From positions 149,745-174,448 of the forward strand of contig BLSG01000260.1 in assembly GCA_012862495.1 (NCBI GenBank): a stretch of DNA of 24,704 bases, read 5' to 3'. Source of the stretch: Thraustochytrium aureum. Its lineage: Eukaryota. Each line of letters opens with the position of its first letter. Position 1 is the stretch's first letter. Below, one piece after another: positions 1-10,702 of this stretch. The position numbers were made by a program, and so were the translations under genes. The notes beneath the pieces are model-generated. The model worked only from the letters and a program-made list of their open reading frames with translations, searched no databases and was not told where the DNA came from.

Positions 1-3000
1 GCCACCGGGCTGGCGGGCGACTTTACGCCCTTTGTGTTCGCCGCGGTGCAGCCCGACACGCTGCTCGGCGCCCTGCTGCAGACCTACGAAGTTGCTCTCC
101 CGTTCAACGAGGCTGAGAGCGCCTTGGCTGGGGCCGCCGCCGCCTCGTGCAGAGCTCTGCAGCTCGCGGAGAGGCGCAGCCTGTTGGCTCGCCGGACGCC
201 ACCATTTTCTTCCAGGTCACCGACGAGTACATGCAGCTCGAGCTTGGCCTGGCTGGCGTAACCAAAGAGCACACCTTTGGTTACGAGCTCGCCTTTGACG
301 CCTTCAACTTTACCCTTTCTGCGTTCCCTTTCGGCAACGCGGACTCCAATACGACCGTGGACTTCTTCAACGTGGCCATGAACGACTTTGATCTGCGCAC
401 CAACGACTCTGCCAACATCACGCTCTCGCTGCGGCTCTTCGACGACCTCTACGAGGGAGCCATGGTGATCGACCTCATCGACCGGNNNNNNNNNNNNNNN
501 NNNNNNNNNNNNNNNNNNNNNNNNNNNNNNNNNNNNNNNNNNNNNNNNNNNNNNNNNNNNNNNNNNNNNNNNNNNNNNNNNNNNNNNNNNNNNNNNNNNN
601 NNNNNNNNNNNNNNNNNNNNNNNNNNNNNNNNNNNNNNNNNNNNNNNNNNNNNNNNNNNNNNNNNNNNNNNNNNNNNNNNNTTACGGCCTCGTCGGCCTT
701 GCCCGCACGCGTAATGTGCTTCGCAAGGCCAACTGGGCCGAGCTCGGCGGTAGCACCGGCACCCCCGTCGAGGGGTCTGCTGTCGACGGCGTCCTGGCGA
801 TCCGCCACTTTGAGATCGACGGCCTCTACACGAACGTGATCCAGCTCACCTCCGCGTTTTCGTTCAACATTGCCAACCTTGTCGCGGACGTGACGCTGCC
901 CGCGCTCGCCCTGTCTGTTGCTGACTGCTCCGTTGAGAGCCAGGCCTCCCAACACCTCGTCAGTATCGTTTCGCAGGCCACGGCAATCAGCATCGGGGTC
1001 GAGGGCAAGGACGTGAACGAGGTTACCATCAACCTGGACTTTGCCGACACGCAGTCAGAGCAGCTCCTCGCCTCCGCCGCGACCTGGGTCGCCGGCAATG
1101 CGTCAAAGGTCTGCATTGAGCCGCACCCCGACGAGTCCAAGGCGGACTTTCTCTCGTCCCTCATCGCTGCATTCAACATCCAAGTCCAGCTTGTCGGCCT
1201 CGACGAGGACACGAAAGAGGACGCCGACGGCGTGGCCGAGACCTCGCAACTCGATCTCCGCATCGTGGCTGACGACCGCTCGCTCTGCACCGCGGTCCAA
1301 GTCAACCTCACGGAGGCCAACGCGGCCTGGGACACGTCGTTCGGTTGGGGCGCCCTCGAATGGTCCATGCTGGAGCAGGGCACGGGCAACCAGTTTTTTA
1401 CATGGCGGGCTCCCGACGCCTTTATCGGCGGGACGTGCGCCTCGCCCTGGGCCACGCCCGAGTCTTGCGCGGACAATGTCGTCTCGTTCAGCTTTTGCCT
1501 CGAGACCAACAACATCGCCGATCTGGACGCTGGGGCGACCGCCGTGCGCCAGCTAGCAGAGCGGATCGTCATCGACCAGCTTGCAGTCCCCGTCCAGGTC
1601 GCGGGCTACTCGACCAACCGCCGCAACGCCACCGAGGGACGGATCCCGATTGCGGCGACATTCACGCTCCCGAAGAACGCAATCGACACGCTCACGGGCG
1701 TCGTGCCCGACAGCTCAAGCGAGGCCTTCGCGGTCAGCACCTACATCGACGCGGTTCGCATCGTATCGCTCCTTGGCCCCGTCGCGCAGCTCGCGGTGGA
1801 GCCCACCACAGGGCCTGGCACGTTTGCCCAGATTTCGCTCACCCTGCCGAGGCTTCGTGCCGCGATCGAGACCGAGCTGAGAGGAGCGACCTCGACCGTC
1901 GCGCAAGCCACGGTTGCGCTTCCCGAGCGCTCGACCAGCCTGAACGCCAGCGTAATGGTCGCGCTGACGTCTTGGGCGGCCCTGTTCGAAGCTGCCATCC
2001 TCGTCCGCGACGAAGAGGGCGCCATGCTCCGATTGACACGGGTAGGCGATCCGCAGAGCTTCCTGGACCGCATCATCCCCACTGTGGATCTCGCTGGCGC
2101 TGACGCTGCGGCTACTGCGCCTCCCGCCGGTCCTGTCGCCAACATCGAGCTCGTGGCAGACTCCACCAGCTCGAGCACCACCCTCTTGCTCTCTCTGGAG
2201 GCGCTCGAGGAGGTCTTGCCGTTCGCCTTGGCGTGGTCCGCCGACACGGTCGCTCTCACAGACGGCGTCAGCGCGCTTGGGAGCTTGACGCTCCCTGAGG
2301 CGCGCTTTGGTCTGAAAGGCTCACGTTCAGGCGCCATCCAGATCGTGCTCAGTGGCCCTGCCGCGCCCCTTCTCACGCGCAACCTCTTTCAGGGCAGCGA
2401 TGTTTCCCTGGGGCTCACCTCTTCCACCTCGTCGCGCTGGGACGGTGGGCTTCACCATCCCGAAGAAGCTGCTCGAAGCGCTCGCGCTGGGTACGGATGC
2501 TGCGAGCGGCGGCGCCTCCGACGCGATCACGTTGCGGCAGCTCAGCATTCTCGGGGGCAACCAAGTCGGCTCAGATGTTGTGTTTCCATGCCTCANNNNN
2601 NNNNNNNNNNNNNNNNNNNNNNNNNNNNNNNNNNNNNNNNNNNNNNNNNNNNNNNNNNNNNNNNNNNNNNNNNNNNNNNNNNNNNNNNNNNNNNNNNNNN
2701 NNNNNNNNNNNGGTCGACCTTCGTTCGGACCTGGTGATCGAGGTGGACGGCAACGGCTTGCAGCTCGGGGAGCTCGTGCTGCTGCCCTTCAAGCTTGAGT
2801 CGGCCAAGACCGGGCCCGCGCAGCAAATGGAGGCCGCGCTTCGGTTTGCCTGGAACGAGGGCGAGCTGGAGACGGTCCGCTTTGTGGTGGACCGCGTGTC
2901 CACCTCGGACAGCTTGGTGCTCAGCTTCCGCGGGAGCGCGGCTGCGCAAGCCAACTACGTGTCAGAGCTGCTCGGCGGGATCGAGCAAGACGTCTTCATC

Positions 3001-5133
3001 GAAAGCAAGGCGTCGGACCCCACCGCCGAGCCGCTCGTCGGCGAGTTTGACCTCTCCGTTCAGAGCACAACGAGCAAAGAAGCTGTCCTGCTAGCCTCGG
3101 CGCCGCTCCGGTACCTGAATGGCGTGGACGACCTCAACATTTTCCTGCCGCTCGGAGCAGTCGAGGTTGAGGTCAAACACCAGAGCCGGGTGGTCGCCAA
3201 AGCCGCTTTGAAGGCCAACCAAGCGGACGGTGTCTCGTTCTTCTTGGAGCCAAAGGCGGCGCCGCAGACCGTCGCCGTGGTCGCCACCGCATTCAGGGAC
3301 ACCGCAGAGGGACCGGTCAGCAAAGCCCTCAACTCGCTGGTCACCAAGTTTGTCTTCCCGGACGACATTCAGCTCGAGCTCGCCGCCAGCATACTCCCGC
3401 CGCGCAAGGCCTCGATCTTCAACGCTGCCTGCGACTTTGACTCGGCAGAAGCTCGCAAGGCAAACGGCTGCGGGTTCAAGCTGACCACCCAGCTCACGAT
3501 GCCCAAGGTGGACGCGCAAAGTGAATTCATCGCTGACTTTGCGATCTCGATGGCTAGCTCGCTTTCAGGTTCATTTTTCAGTCTCGACGCTCAAGTGAAG
3601 GCGACCAAGTCGCTGTACAACAGTCTCCCGTTTGACGTGATCATCAGCCACTTCCGTTACAAGGTTGTCATGTACGACACCGACGGGACAATTGCGGAGA
3701 ACGACTGCCGCGGAATCACAAAGGCGTGCGGAATATGGTGGTGGCAAATCTGCGAGTCGCCGTACCCTGAACCCAAGAAGAAGAATATCGTGCAGGACGA
3801 TGAGTACGTCACGGTTGGGGACCCGCTCTACCCGGCCAGGACCCTCCTCAAGGAGGACCAGAAGTATCTCCCATCAAAAGGGACGGGGGATGTCGACATC
3901 GTCATCAACCCCGTGAGCGAAGACCTGTTTCGAATGTGGCATCAGTACGACGCCAAACAGCTGTTCTGTGCTGACATCGCCGACGCGCGAATGGTCGTTG
4001 GCATCCAGACACCGGGCGCGACTTGCAGCGACGGATCAGGCACCACCGTCGATTCCCTGCGGTGTACTTTTGTGCTGGACCTCAACTTCAACATGTTCGA
4101 CTTTGCTTTGACGGACAACGACTCGTGCCGCGGACCAGTAAACGCACAGGAAGACCTGAACAACCCTGTGACAATTTCCACAGGGTTTCAGTGGCGGCAG
4201 GTTGACAACTTCTTTTCTGCCGCCACTTCCGGGTCGTCGCAGTACCACTGGACGCAGAGCGAGGTCTCGCTGATCGACTCGTTCGAAATCGAGATCATCG
4301 TGCAGTACAGGGACGACGACAGGGTAGAGCTCATCTTCTCGCCGTCTAAATCTGGCGATCAGAACGGGGATGCTGCAGTCTACCTGAAGACGGACGGATG
4401 CAACGAGGCAGGCGTGAGGGATGCCGAATCCAAGTCCCAGTCTCTCATGCACAGTGTGACCAGCTCTACCAGCTCGCGTTTTGTTATCACTTTTGACGCC
4501 TACACGAGGCGCGTTCGCATCCGAACCCCTCACGCAAATGTCCGCAAGGACAGATACGAGGACGACACCATGAACGAGTATGCTGACTTTGACTTTAACC
4601 CGCAGGTTGGCAGTCTCGCCAATGCGAAGAAGAGCTGGTTCGCCATCAAGCACAATCCGAGCCATACGACGATTACGTCGAGGGTAATCCGATTCGACAA
4701 GACCGACTCGTCCAGGACGAGCCTCGTCAAGGCTGCTCGCGGGTCTGGCGATCTCAATCCGGTTGTGAACAGCGCAGGCTACTTGGTTTTCCAGAGCCGC
4801 GATAAGGAAGGGCGCCGCCGCGGGGCTGGCGGCGAGACCTGGAATGTGCAAATTGTGAACGCGGACGAGCCGTCCGCCACAGTGGTACCCAACCAAGTCA
4901 CTGTCGCTATCGCGAAGCAATCGGCTTGTGCCGCGGTTGACGAATCCCGTATCACGTGCTCCACCACAGGTGCCAAAACCTGCGTGTGCGACATGGACGA
5001 TGGCACGTACCGCGTCGTCTACAGCTTTCAGCAGCGCGGCCGGTACAAGGTCTCGGTGGCGTCGCCGTCGGCGGGCATCAGCCCCAACACCTGGGTGGAC
5101 TTGACGGAGCGCGTCTTCGTGCGCGAGCGCTAA
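1..5133 (+). CDS. Giant modular protein, 5'-truncated: beta-rich repeats (LEA_2/DUF3712-like), Cys-rich segment, possible lectin-like domain, C-terminal filamin/ABP280 Ig repeat
   Basis: Protein-like frames join across two gaps and two single-base frameshifts: 1-~188, ~189-485, gap, 683-~2440, ~2442-2595, gap, 2713-5133 (TAA). C-terminus ~4693-5130 has filamin-repeat hallmarks (FQSRDKEGRRRGAGGETWNVQI...DMDDGTYRVVYSFQQRGRYKVSV). The other domain calls are weak resemblances. Confidence 0.7.
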
Positions 5134-5281
5134 ACAACTTGCACCATTTCGCCAACTAAATGAAAGCAGTTTCTGCACCCGCATGACTCCACGTCGTTGC
5201 TCGTTGTGCTCCTGCAGTCTTGAAATCAATCAAAAAAGGAAACACGACAGCATGGTTGTGAAATAATGCAAAAGGCCGAGT

Positions 5282-6376
5282 TCACGGCTGGCGTACAGCG
5301 GAGAGCCGCCGGGCGCACTCGGCGAAGCCGAGCCGGCGCGCTGGCTGGATCACCAGCATACTGTTGATAAGGCACATGAGACCGTTGTCCTGGCCGACAA
5401 CCTCGGCCCCCGCCCCGGCTCCCGGTCTGGTACACATTTCCTCCAGGAGACGGCGAGCGCCGGATCGAAAGAGCCTGCCAAACCCCGCGTCTAGCTGGGT
5501 TGGGGCGTGGTATGGCGGCAGCCCGCAGCAGAGCATGAAGAAACACACGCCGAGCGACCACACCTCCGCCTTGAGCGCATCGTAGGCGCCGCAGTTCAGA
5601 AACACCTCGGGCGCCATGTTGGTCACAGTTCCGACCCGACCCTCCACCTCAAGCCACTCGCCATCCGCGCCAAGGTGAAGCGAGGTGGTGAGCCCAAAGT
5701 CGATCATGCGAACGCGGAGCCGGCCCCGGCCGCTGCCCGCATCTTCGGCTGATGAGTTCACCACAAAGTTGTCCAGCTTGAGGTCGCGGTGCACGAGGCC
5801 GAGGTTACCCAAGAACTCCACGGCGGCCAGCATCTGCGAGCAAATCGATCGGAGGACCTCGGCGCGCTCCACCCTTTGCGTCGCCGCGAAATCCAGCAGG
5901 CTCATGCTGCCCCGCGGGAAGACGGCGAACACGTCGGTCTGGTTCTCAAAGTAGTAGGAAAACGTGCAAATATTGGGGTGGTCGAAGCGCTCGAGCATGA
6001 CCTGGACAACAAACTCGCGCCGCAGCAGCGTCATGATCCGCATCTGGTCTTCGGCCCGCTCATGGCGCCTCAGAAGCGCTTTGGAGATCTGTTTCACCAC
6101 GACGTGCTCGCCAGTCTTTGCGTTTTGCGCTGCAAACACGAATCGGTGCTCATGCAGGTTTTCGTGCAAGACACGGTCGAGACGGAAGACGGCCTTGTCT
6201 GTCTCGTCGACAAGTACTGTGATCCCGTCCACCACGTTGAGGTTAAACGGGCGGTCCTTCCGCAGGAACCGGGAGAAGGCGTCGATGAGGTTTCGCGCTG
6301 CGGGAACTGGTTCGCCCGCGGCTCGGCGCTGCTCGCGCTCTCGTGCAACCATGAGGTGCGCAGAGGCGATGTAGTG
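5282..6376 (-). CDS. Ser/Thr protein kinase (CAMK-like), start lost in gap 6378-7057
   Basis: VVVKQ lysine, HPNI, HRDLKLDN catalytic loop, IDFG, GTVTNMAPE, EVWSLGV, subdomain XI PARR; stop TGA at 5282-5284. Confidence 0.92.
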   Translation of the reverse strand, partial: HYIASAHLMVAREREQRRAAGEPVPAARNLIDAFSRFLRKDRPFNLNVVDGITVLVDETDKAVFRLDRVLHENLHEHRFVFAAQNAKTGEHVVVKQISKALLRRHERAEDQMRIMTLLRREFVVQVMLERFDHPNICTFSYYFENQTDVFAVFPRGSMSLLDFAATQRVERAEVLRSICSQMLAAVEFLGNLGLVHRDLKLDNFVVNSSAEDAGSGRGRLRVRMIDFGLTTSLHLGADGEWLEVEGRVGTVTNMAPEVFLNCGAYDALKAEVWSLGVCFFMLCCGLPPYHAPTQLDAGFGRLFRSGARRLLEEMCTRPGAGAGAEVVGQDNGLMCLINSMLVIQPARRLGFAECARRLSAVRQP

Positions 6377-7059
6377 CNNNNNNNNNNNNNNNNNNNNNNN
6401 NNNNNNNNNNNNNNNNNNNNNNNNNNNNNNNNNNNNNNNNNNNNNNNNNNNNNNNNNNNNNNNNNNNNNNNNNNNNNNNNNNNNNNNNNNNNNNNNNNNN
6501 NNNNNNNNNNNNNNNNNNNNNNNNNNNNNNNNNNNNNNNNNNNNNNNNNNNNNNNNNNNNNNNNNNNNNNNNNNNNNNNNNNNNNNNNNNNNNNNNNNNN
6601 NNNNNNNNNNNNNNNNNNNNNNNNNNNNNNNNNNNNNNNNNNNNNNNNNNNNNNNNNNNNNNNNNNNNNNNNNNNNNNNNNNNNNNNNNNNNNNNNNNNN
6701 NNNNNNNNNNNNNNNNNNNNNNNNNNNNNNNNNNNNNNNNNNNNNNNNNNNNNNNNNNNNNNNNNNNNNNNNNNNNNNNNNNNNNNNNNNNNNNNNNNNN
6801 NNNNNNNNNNNNNNNNNNNNNNNNNNNNNNNNNNNNNNNNNNNNNNNNNNNNNNNNNNNNNNNNNNNNNNNNNNNNNNNNNNNNNNNNNNNNNNNNNNNN
6901 NNNNNNNNNNNNNNNNNNNNNNNNNNNNNNNNNNNNNNNNNNNNNNNNNNNNNNNNNNNNNNNNNNNNNNNNNNNNNNNNNNNNNNNNNNNNNNNNNNNN
7001 NNNNNNNNNNNNNNNNNNNNNNNNNNNNNNNNNNNNNNNNNNNNNNNNNNNNNNNNNAG

Positions 7060-7115
7060 GTCCTGGTCCACGTCCAGGTCCAGGTGCGCGTCCACGTCCA
7101 CGTCGTCCACGTCCG
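7060..7115. repeat. Degenerate hexamer repeat (GTCCAC/GTCCAG), reading as Asp-Val/Asp-Leu on the minus strand
   Basis: ggtccacgtccaggtccaggtgcgcgtccacgtccacgtcgtccacgtcc next to the gap edge. Confidence 0.7.
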
Positions 7116-7669
7116 CGGCCACCTGGGCCAGCGCCGTGCAGCGACCGAGCGAGTAAACCGCGAGCAAACCGAGCCGCAAACACAACCCTGCGTCAACAGC
7201 CGCTGTCGAGCTCTCCGCGAGGCCTCCGCGGGGCTGCGAGGGTCTTGGCGAGGGCTCGTCGCGCACTTGCTTGGACCAGCTCGACCACGACGCACAACAC
7301 AAGCGTTGCGTGAGGACTTGGTAGAGTACGTTGGAGCACTGCCCTTGCACAGCACAGCGGTTGGCCTGACCGAGACCTAACTGAGGAGCGCGCCGCGTTC
7401 GAGGACCGGCACGGGAACGCGACTGTGGACTCCCTCGACCAACTTGGACTGCGAGTCGAGCAGCATCGACCAGATCCTGCGTGGACTTGGTTGGGGGCTC
7501 GCCGCCGGAAAGGATTGCTTCCCAGAGGCTCGAAGCCAACGTCCGCCGGCGGTCCTTAAGTACTGGAGTACCTACGCTACTCTACATCAACATCCGATTC
7601 AACAGCAACTGACGATGCGTGCGCGGTCACGGTACTCCTCAACTCCGCCTGGGAAGGGCAGGAGTAGAC

Positions 7670-7713
7670 GTGGGTTTGGCGGTTGGCGGGTACAAGTGGG
7701 TTTGGCGGTTGGC
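7670..7713. repeat. 18-bp exact direct repeat, period 26 bp
   Basis: gtgggtttggcggttggc at 7670-7687 and 7696-7713. Confidence 0.8.
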
Positions 7714-8661
7714 TGCGCGTGGTTCGTGCCTCATCATCGTGCCTCGGCCTCGCGCGGCCTGTGCGTCGCCAGTTCCTTCCTCCAAGGCTCCTCGCGTGTG
7801 CTATCGCGGCATACCAGGCAGGCAGCTTGACTAGCCGGCTGGAGGTGCCATGGGCCACATTTCTGGTGCTGGGAGTGTACTCCAGCAGTGTTGGACAAGG
7901 CCGTGTCCATGCCCAGCTTCATCACATTGCGCNNNNNNNNNNNNNNNNNNNNNNNNNNNNNNNNNNNNNNNNNNNNNNNNNNNNNNNNNNNNNNNNNNNN
8001 NNNNNNNNNNNNNNNNNNNNNNNNNNNNNNNNNNNNNNNNNNNNNNNNNNNNNNNNNNNNNNNNNNNNNNNNNNNNNNNNNNNNNNNNNNNNNNNNNNNN
8101 NNNNNNNNNNNNNNNNNNNNNNNNNNNNNNNNNNNNNNNNNNNNNNNNNNNNNNNNNNNNNNNNNNNNNNNNNNNNNNNNNNNNNNNNNNNNNNNNNNNN
8201 NNNNNNNNNNNNNNNNNNNNNNNNNNNNNNNNNNNNNNNNNNNNNNNNNNNNNNNNNNNNNNNNNNNNNNNNNNNNNNNNNNNNNNNNNNNNNNNNNNNN
8301 NNNNNNNNNNNNNNNNNNNNNNNNNNNNNNNNNNNNNNNNNNNNNNNNNNNNNNNNNNNNNNNNNNNNNNNNNNNNNNNNNNNNNNNNNNNNNNNNNNNN
8401 NNNNNNNNNNNNNNNNNNNNNNNNNNNNNNNNNNNNNNNNNNNNNNNNNNNNNNNNNNNNNNNNNNNNNNNNNNNNNNNNNNNNNNNNNNNNNNNNNNNN
8501 NNNNNNNNNNNNNNNNNNNNNNNNNNNNNNNNNNNNNNNNNNNNNNNNNNNNNNNNNNNNNNNNNNNNNNNNNNNNNNNNNNNNNNNNNNNNNNNNNNNN
8601 NNNNNNNGACGCGGAGGCGCCGTCCCGACGGACATGTGAGGAGCCCGCCGCTGGCAAGACC

Positions 8662-10152
8662 ATGTCTGAAGAGCCCAAGCCCTGCGAATCAAGCGATGAC
8701 GCGCAGATCGCCGGCGCGGCTCCTGGTGGCACCTCGCCGGGACCGCCACCACCACCGCCCTCCTCCGCTTCCTTCTCCGTCGAGTCATCCGCTTCTGGCG
8801 TGGACGCCTCCTCTGCGCCGGCTTCGCCAAACGACGCGGCCAGCGCCACGGCGGGGCCACCCGCACCCCCCCCCAACGTCGAGCCGTGGAACAGCGTCCC
8901 GACGCGCGAGCTGGTGCAGCGCACTACCCGGCGCATCGAGTGGGTGGCCGCCGAAATGACGAGAGTGCAGACTAAGAGCGTCCAGTCCGAAGCCGCGCTT
9001 GCGGACAGGTCGCGTCTGCTGAGAAGGCTCCGAGCGCAGCACGACCGTCTGGTCGCGTGGCGCACAGTTGCCGAGTTCCACCTGGGCAGGGCGACCGGGG
9101 CGCACGAAGCCGACATGTTCCACGCGTTTTCGCCCTTCCTAGAGGTGCGGCGCCCAAAAGTCGCCCACATGTTTTACGGCGGAGAGGAGCACGAGATGGT
9201 CCTCGACGAGGTCTCGGGCGATAGGTTTGTGCTGATGCGACTGATTATGCAAAACGGCACTGGTGAAGAGACAAGGATGGTCTGGGACTGCGACGGGTTC
9301 GTCGGCGCGGCCGCGCACGGACACGCGGGCGCCCCGGTCGCGCGACCACAGCGCCAAGTTATCAAGTGCCTTCGGAAGAGCCCGGCGCGGCTCGCCGCGA
9401 ACGAGCTACACATCCAGCGCGAGTTTATCGCGCAGACCATCGCTGGCAGCTTCAGCCACCCAAACATCCTGCCGCTGGTGCGATACTTTGAGGACGCGAC
9501 CTCGGCCTTTGCTGTGCTACCTTTCCTGGACGCCTGCCTGTTCGACCGCGTTTTGGCGAATTTCAACGCGACCCGGCGCGGGCTTGACGAGAACAGCATA
9601 CGCAGATACTTTAGGCAGATGGTCGTCTCAGTCTACTTTTTGGCCAATATTGGCCTCGTTCATCGCGACCTCTCGCTCGAAAACTTTTGCATCGCTCGAG
9701 ACAGTCACGGGGGCGAACGGGTTCTGCTCATCGACTTTGGGCTTTGTCAGTCTCTCGATCTTGTGTCGCCCGACGCGGGCGAGTGGGCGCTCTCGCAAAA
9801 CTCGTTTGCAGGTAAGGTCTTCTACATGGCGCCGGAGGTCTTCAACGCGGGAGACGAGCCTCGCATGGTCGATTTGATCGCCGCGGACATCTGGTCGCTC
9901 GGGATCTGCCTCTACATCATGGCTTGCGGGATCTACCCGATTCGGTGCGCCGGCGTCTCTGACAACCGGTTCAACAGGCTTCGCCAGCGCGGATTGGTGA
10001 GCCTGATGCGCCAGCAGGTTCGCGACGGGGACATGGCAGACTTTGCCCCCTCGAACGAGATCCTTGACCTGCTATCCCGGCTTCTCGCGGTAGACCCGGC
10101 GGAGCGGATCACCTTGGACGGGATCCTGCGCCACCCTTTTTTTCGCGGGTGA
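8662..10152 (+). CDS. Ser/Thr protein kinase (CAMK-like, HRDLSLEN type) with a Pro/Ser-rich N-terminus and short coiled coil
   Basis: ATG at 8662 (frame is open back to the gap edge, so the true start could be earlier); QVIKC, HPNI, HRDLSLEN, IDFG, AGKVFYMAPE, DIWSLG, DPAERIT, HPFF; TGA at 10150-10152. No intron needed. Confidence 0.93.
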   Translation: MSEEPKPCESSDDAQIAGAAPGGTSPGPPPPPPSSASFSVESSASGVDASSAPASPNDAASATAGPPAPPPNVEPWNSVPTRELVQRTTRRIEWVAAEMTRVQTKSVQSEAALADRSRLLRRLRAQHDRLVAWRTVAEFHLGRATGAHEADMFHAFSPFLEVRRPKVAHMFYGGEEHEMVLDEVSGDRFVLMRLIMQNGTGEETRMVWDCDGFVGAAAHGHAGAPVARPQRQVIKCLRKSPARLAANELHIQREFIAQTIAGSFSHPNILPLVRYFEDATSAFAVLPFLDACLFDRVLANFNATRRGLDENSIRRYFRQMVVSVYFLANIGLVHRDLSLENFCIARDSHGGERVLLIDFGLCQSLDLVSPDAGEWALSQNSFAGKVFYMAPEVFNAGDEPRMVDLIAADIWSLGICLYIMACGIYPIRCAGVSDNRFNRLRQRGLVSLMRQQVRDGDMADFAPSNEILDLLSRLLAVDPAERITLDGILRHPFFRG

Positions 10153-10314
10153 CGACTGCAACAACGAGCGACCGGCATCGATCGACCTGCAAGACGACGA
10201 GTAGGTAGCCAAAATCTTCGCGAGATTTACGGAGCTGCATTTTTTTGAATTGTTTGTTTGCAGCGGCCAACTCACGGAGATCAAGCGGTTCGCTGCGCGT
10301 TGCACCGCTCTGCA

Positions 10315-10352
10315 GTGCGTGCGTGCGTGCGTGCGTGCGTTGCTTGCTTGCT
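10315..10352. repeat. (TGCG)n microsatellite followed by (TGCT)3
   Basis: gtgcgtgcgtgcgtgcgtgcgtgcgt then tgcttgcttgct, downstream of the kinase stop. Confidence 0.9.
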
Positions 10353-10702
10353 ATTCGGGCTCCGCTGCACCAAGCGAGCTGGGAAGCTCCCCCGCGCCGT
10401 GCGCAGGGCTCTCCGCCCGCGGCCCGCTGTCGCTTGCGCGCCCTTGGATTACGCTCATCGGCGACACATTCCNNNNNNNNNNNNNNNNNNNNNNNNNNNN
10501 NNNNNNNNNNNNNNNNNNNNNNNNNNNNNNNNNNNNNNNNNNNNNNNNNNNNNNNNNNNNNNNNNNNNNNNNNNNNNNNNNNNNNNNNNNNNNNNNNNNN
10601 NNNNNNNNNNNNNNNNNNNNNNNNNNNNNNNNNNNNNNNNNNNNNNNNNNNNNNNNNNNNNNNNNNNNNNNNNNNNNNNNNNNNNNNNNNNNNNNNNNNN
10701 NN

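Larger units (their letters stand above)
7058..7932 (-). other. Possible coding fragment of unknown identity on an island between two gaps
   Basis: A minus frame is open ~7578-7058 (SVGTPVLKDRRTLASSLWEAILSGG...CLRLGLLAVYSLGRC...DVDDVDVDAHLDLDVDQD). Extending it upstream needs frameshifts. No recognisable motif. Confidence 0.3.

Noticed and set aside
5789..8639. Long ORFs in the track that span N-gaps, and antisense ORFs such as 4036-5229, 23089-23763 and 23773-24273
   Set aside because: They are inflated by N runs or are antisense shadows of GC-rich coding sequence, with no recognisable motifs.
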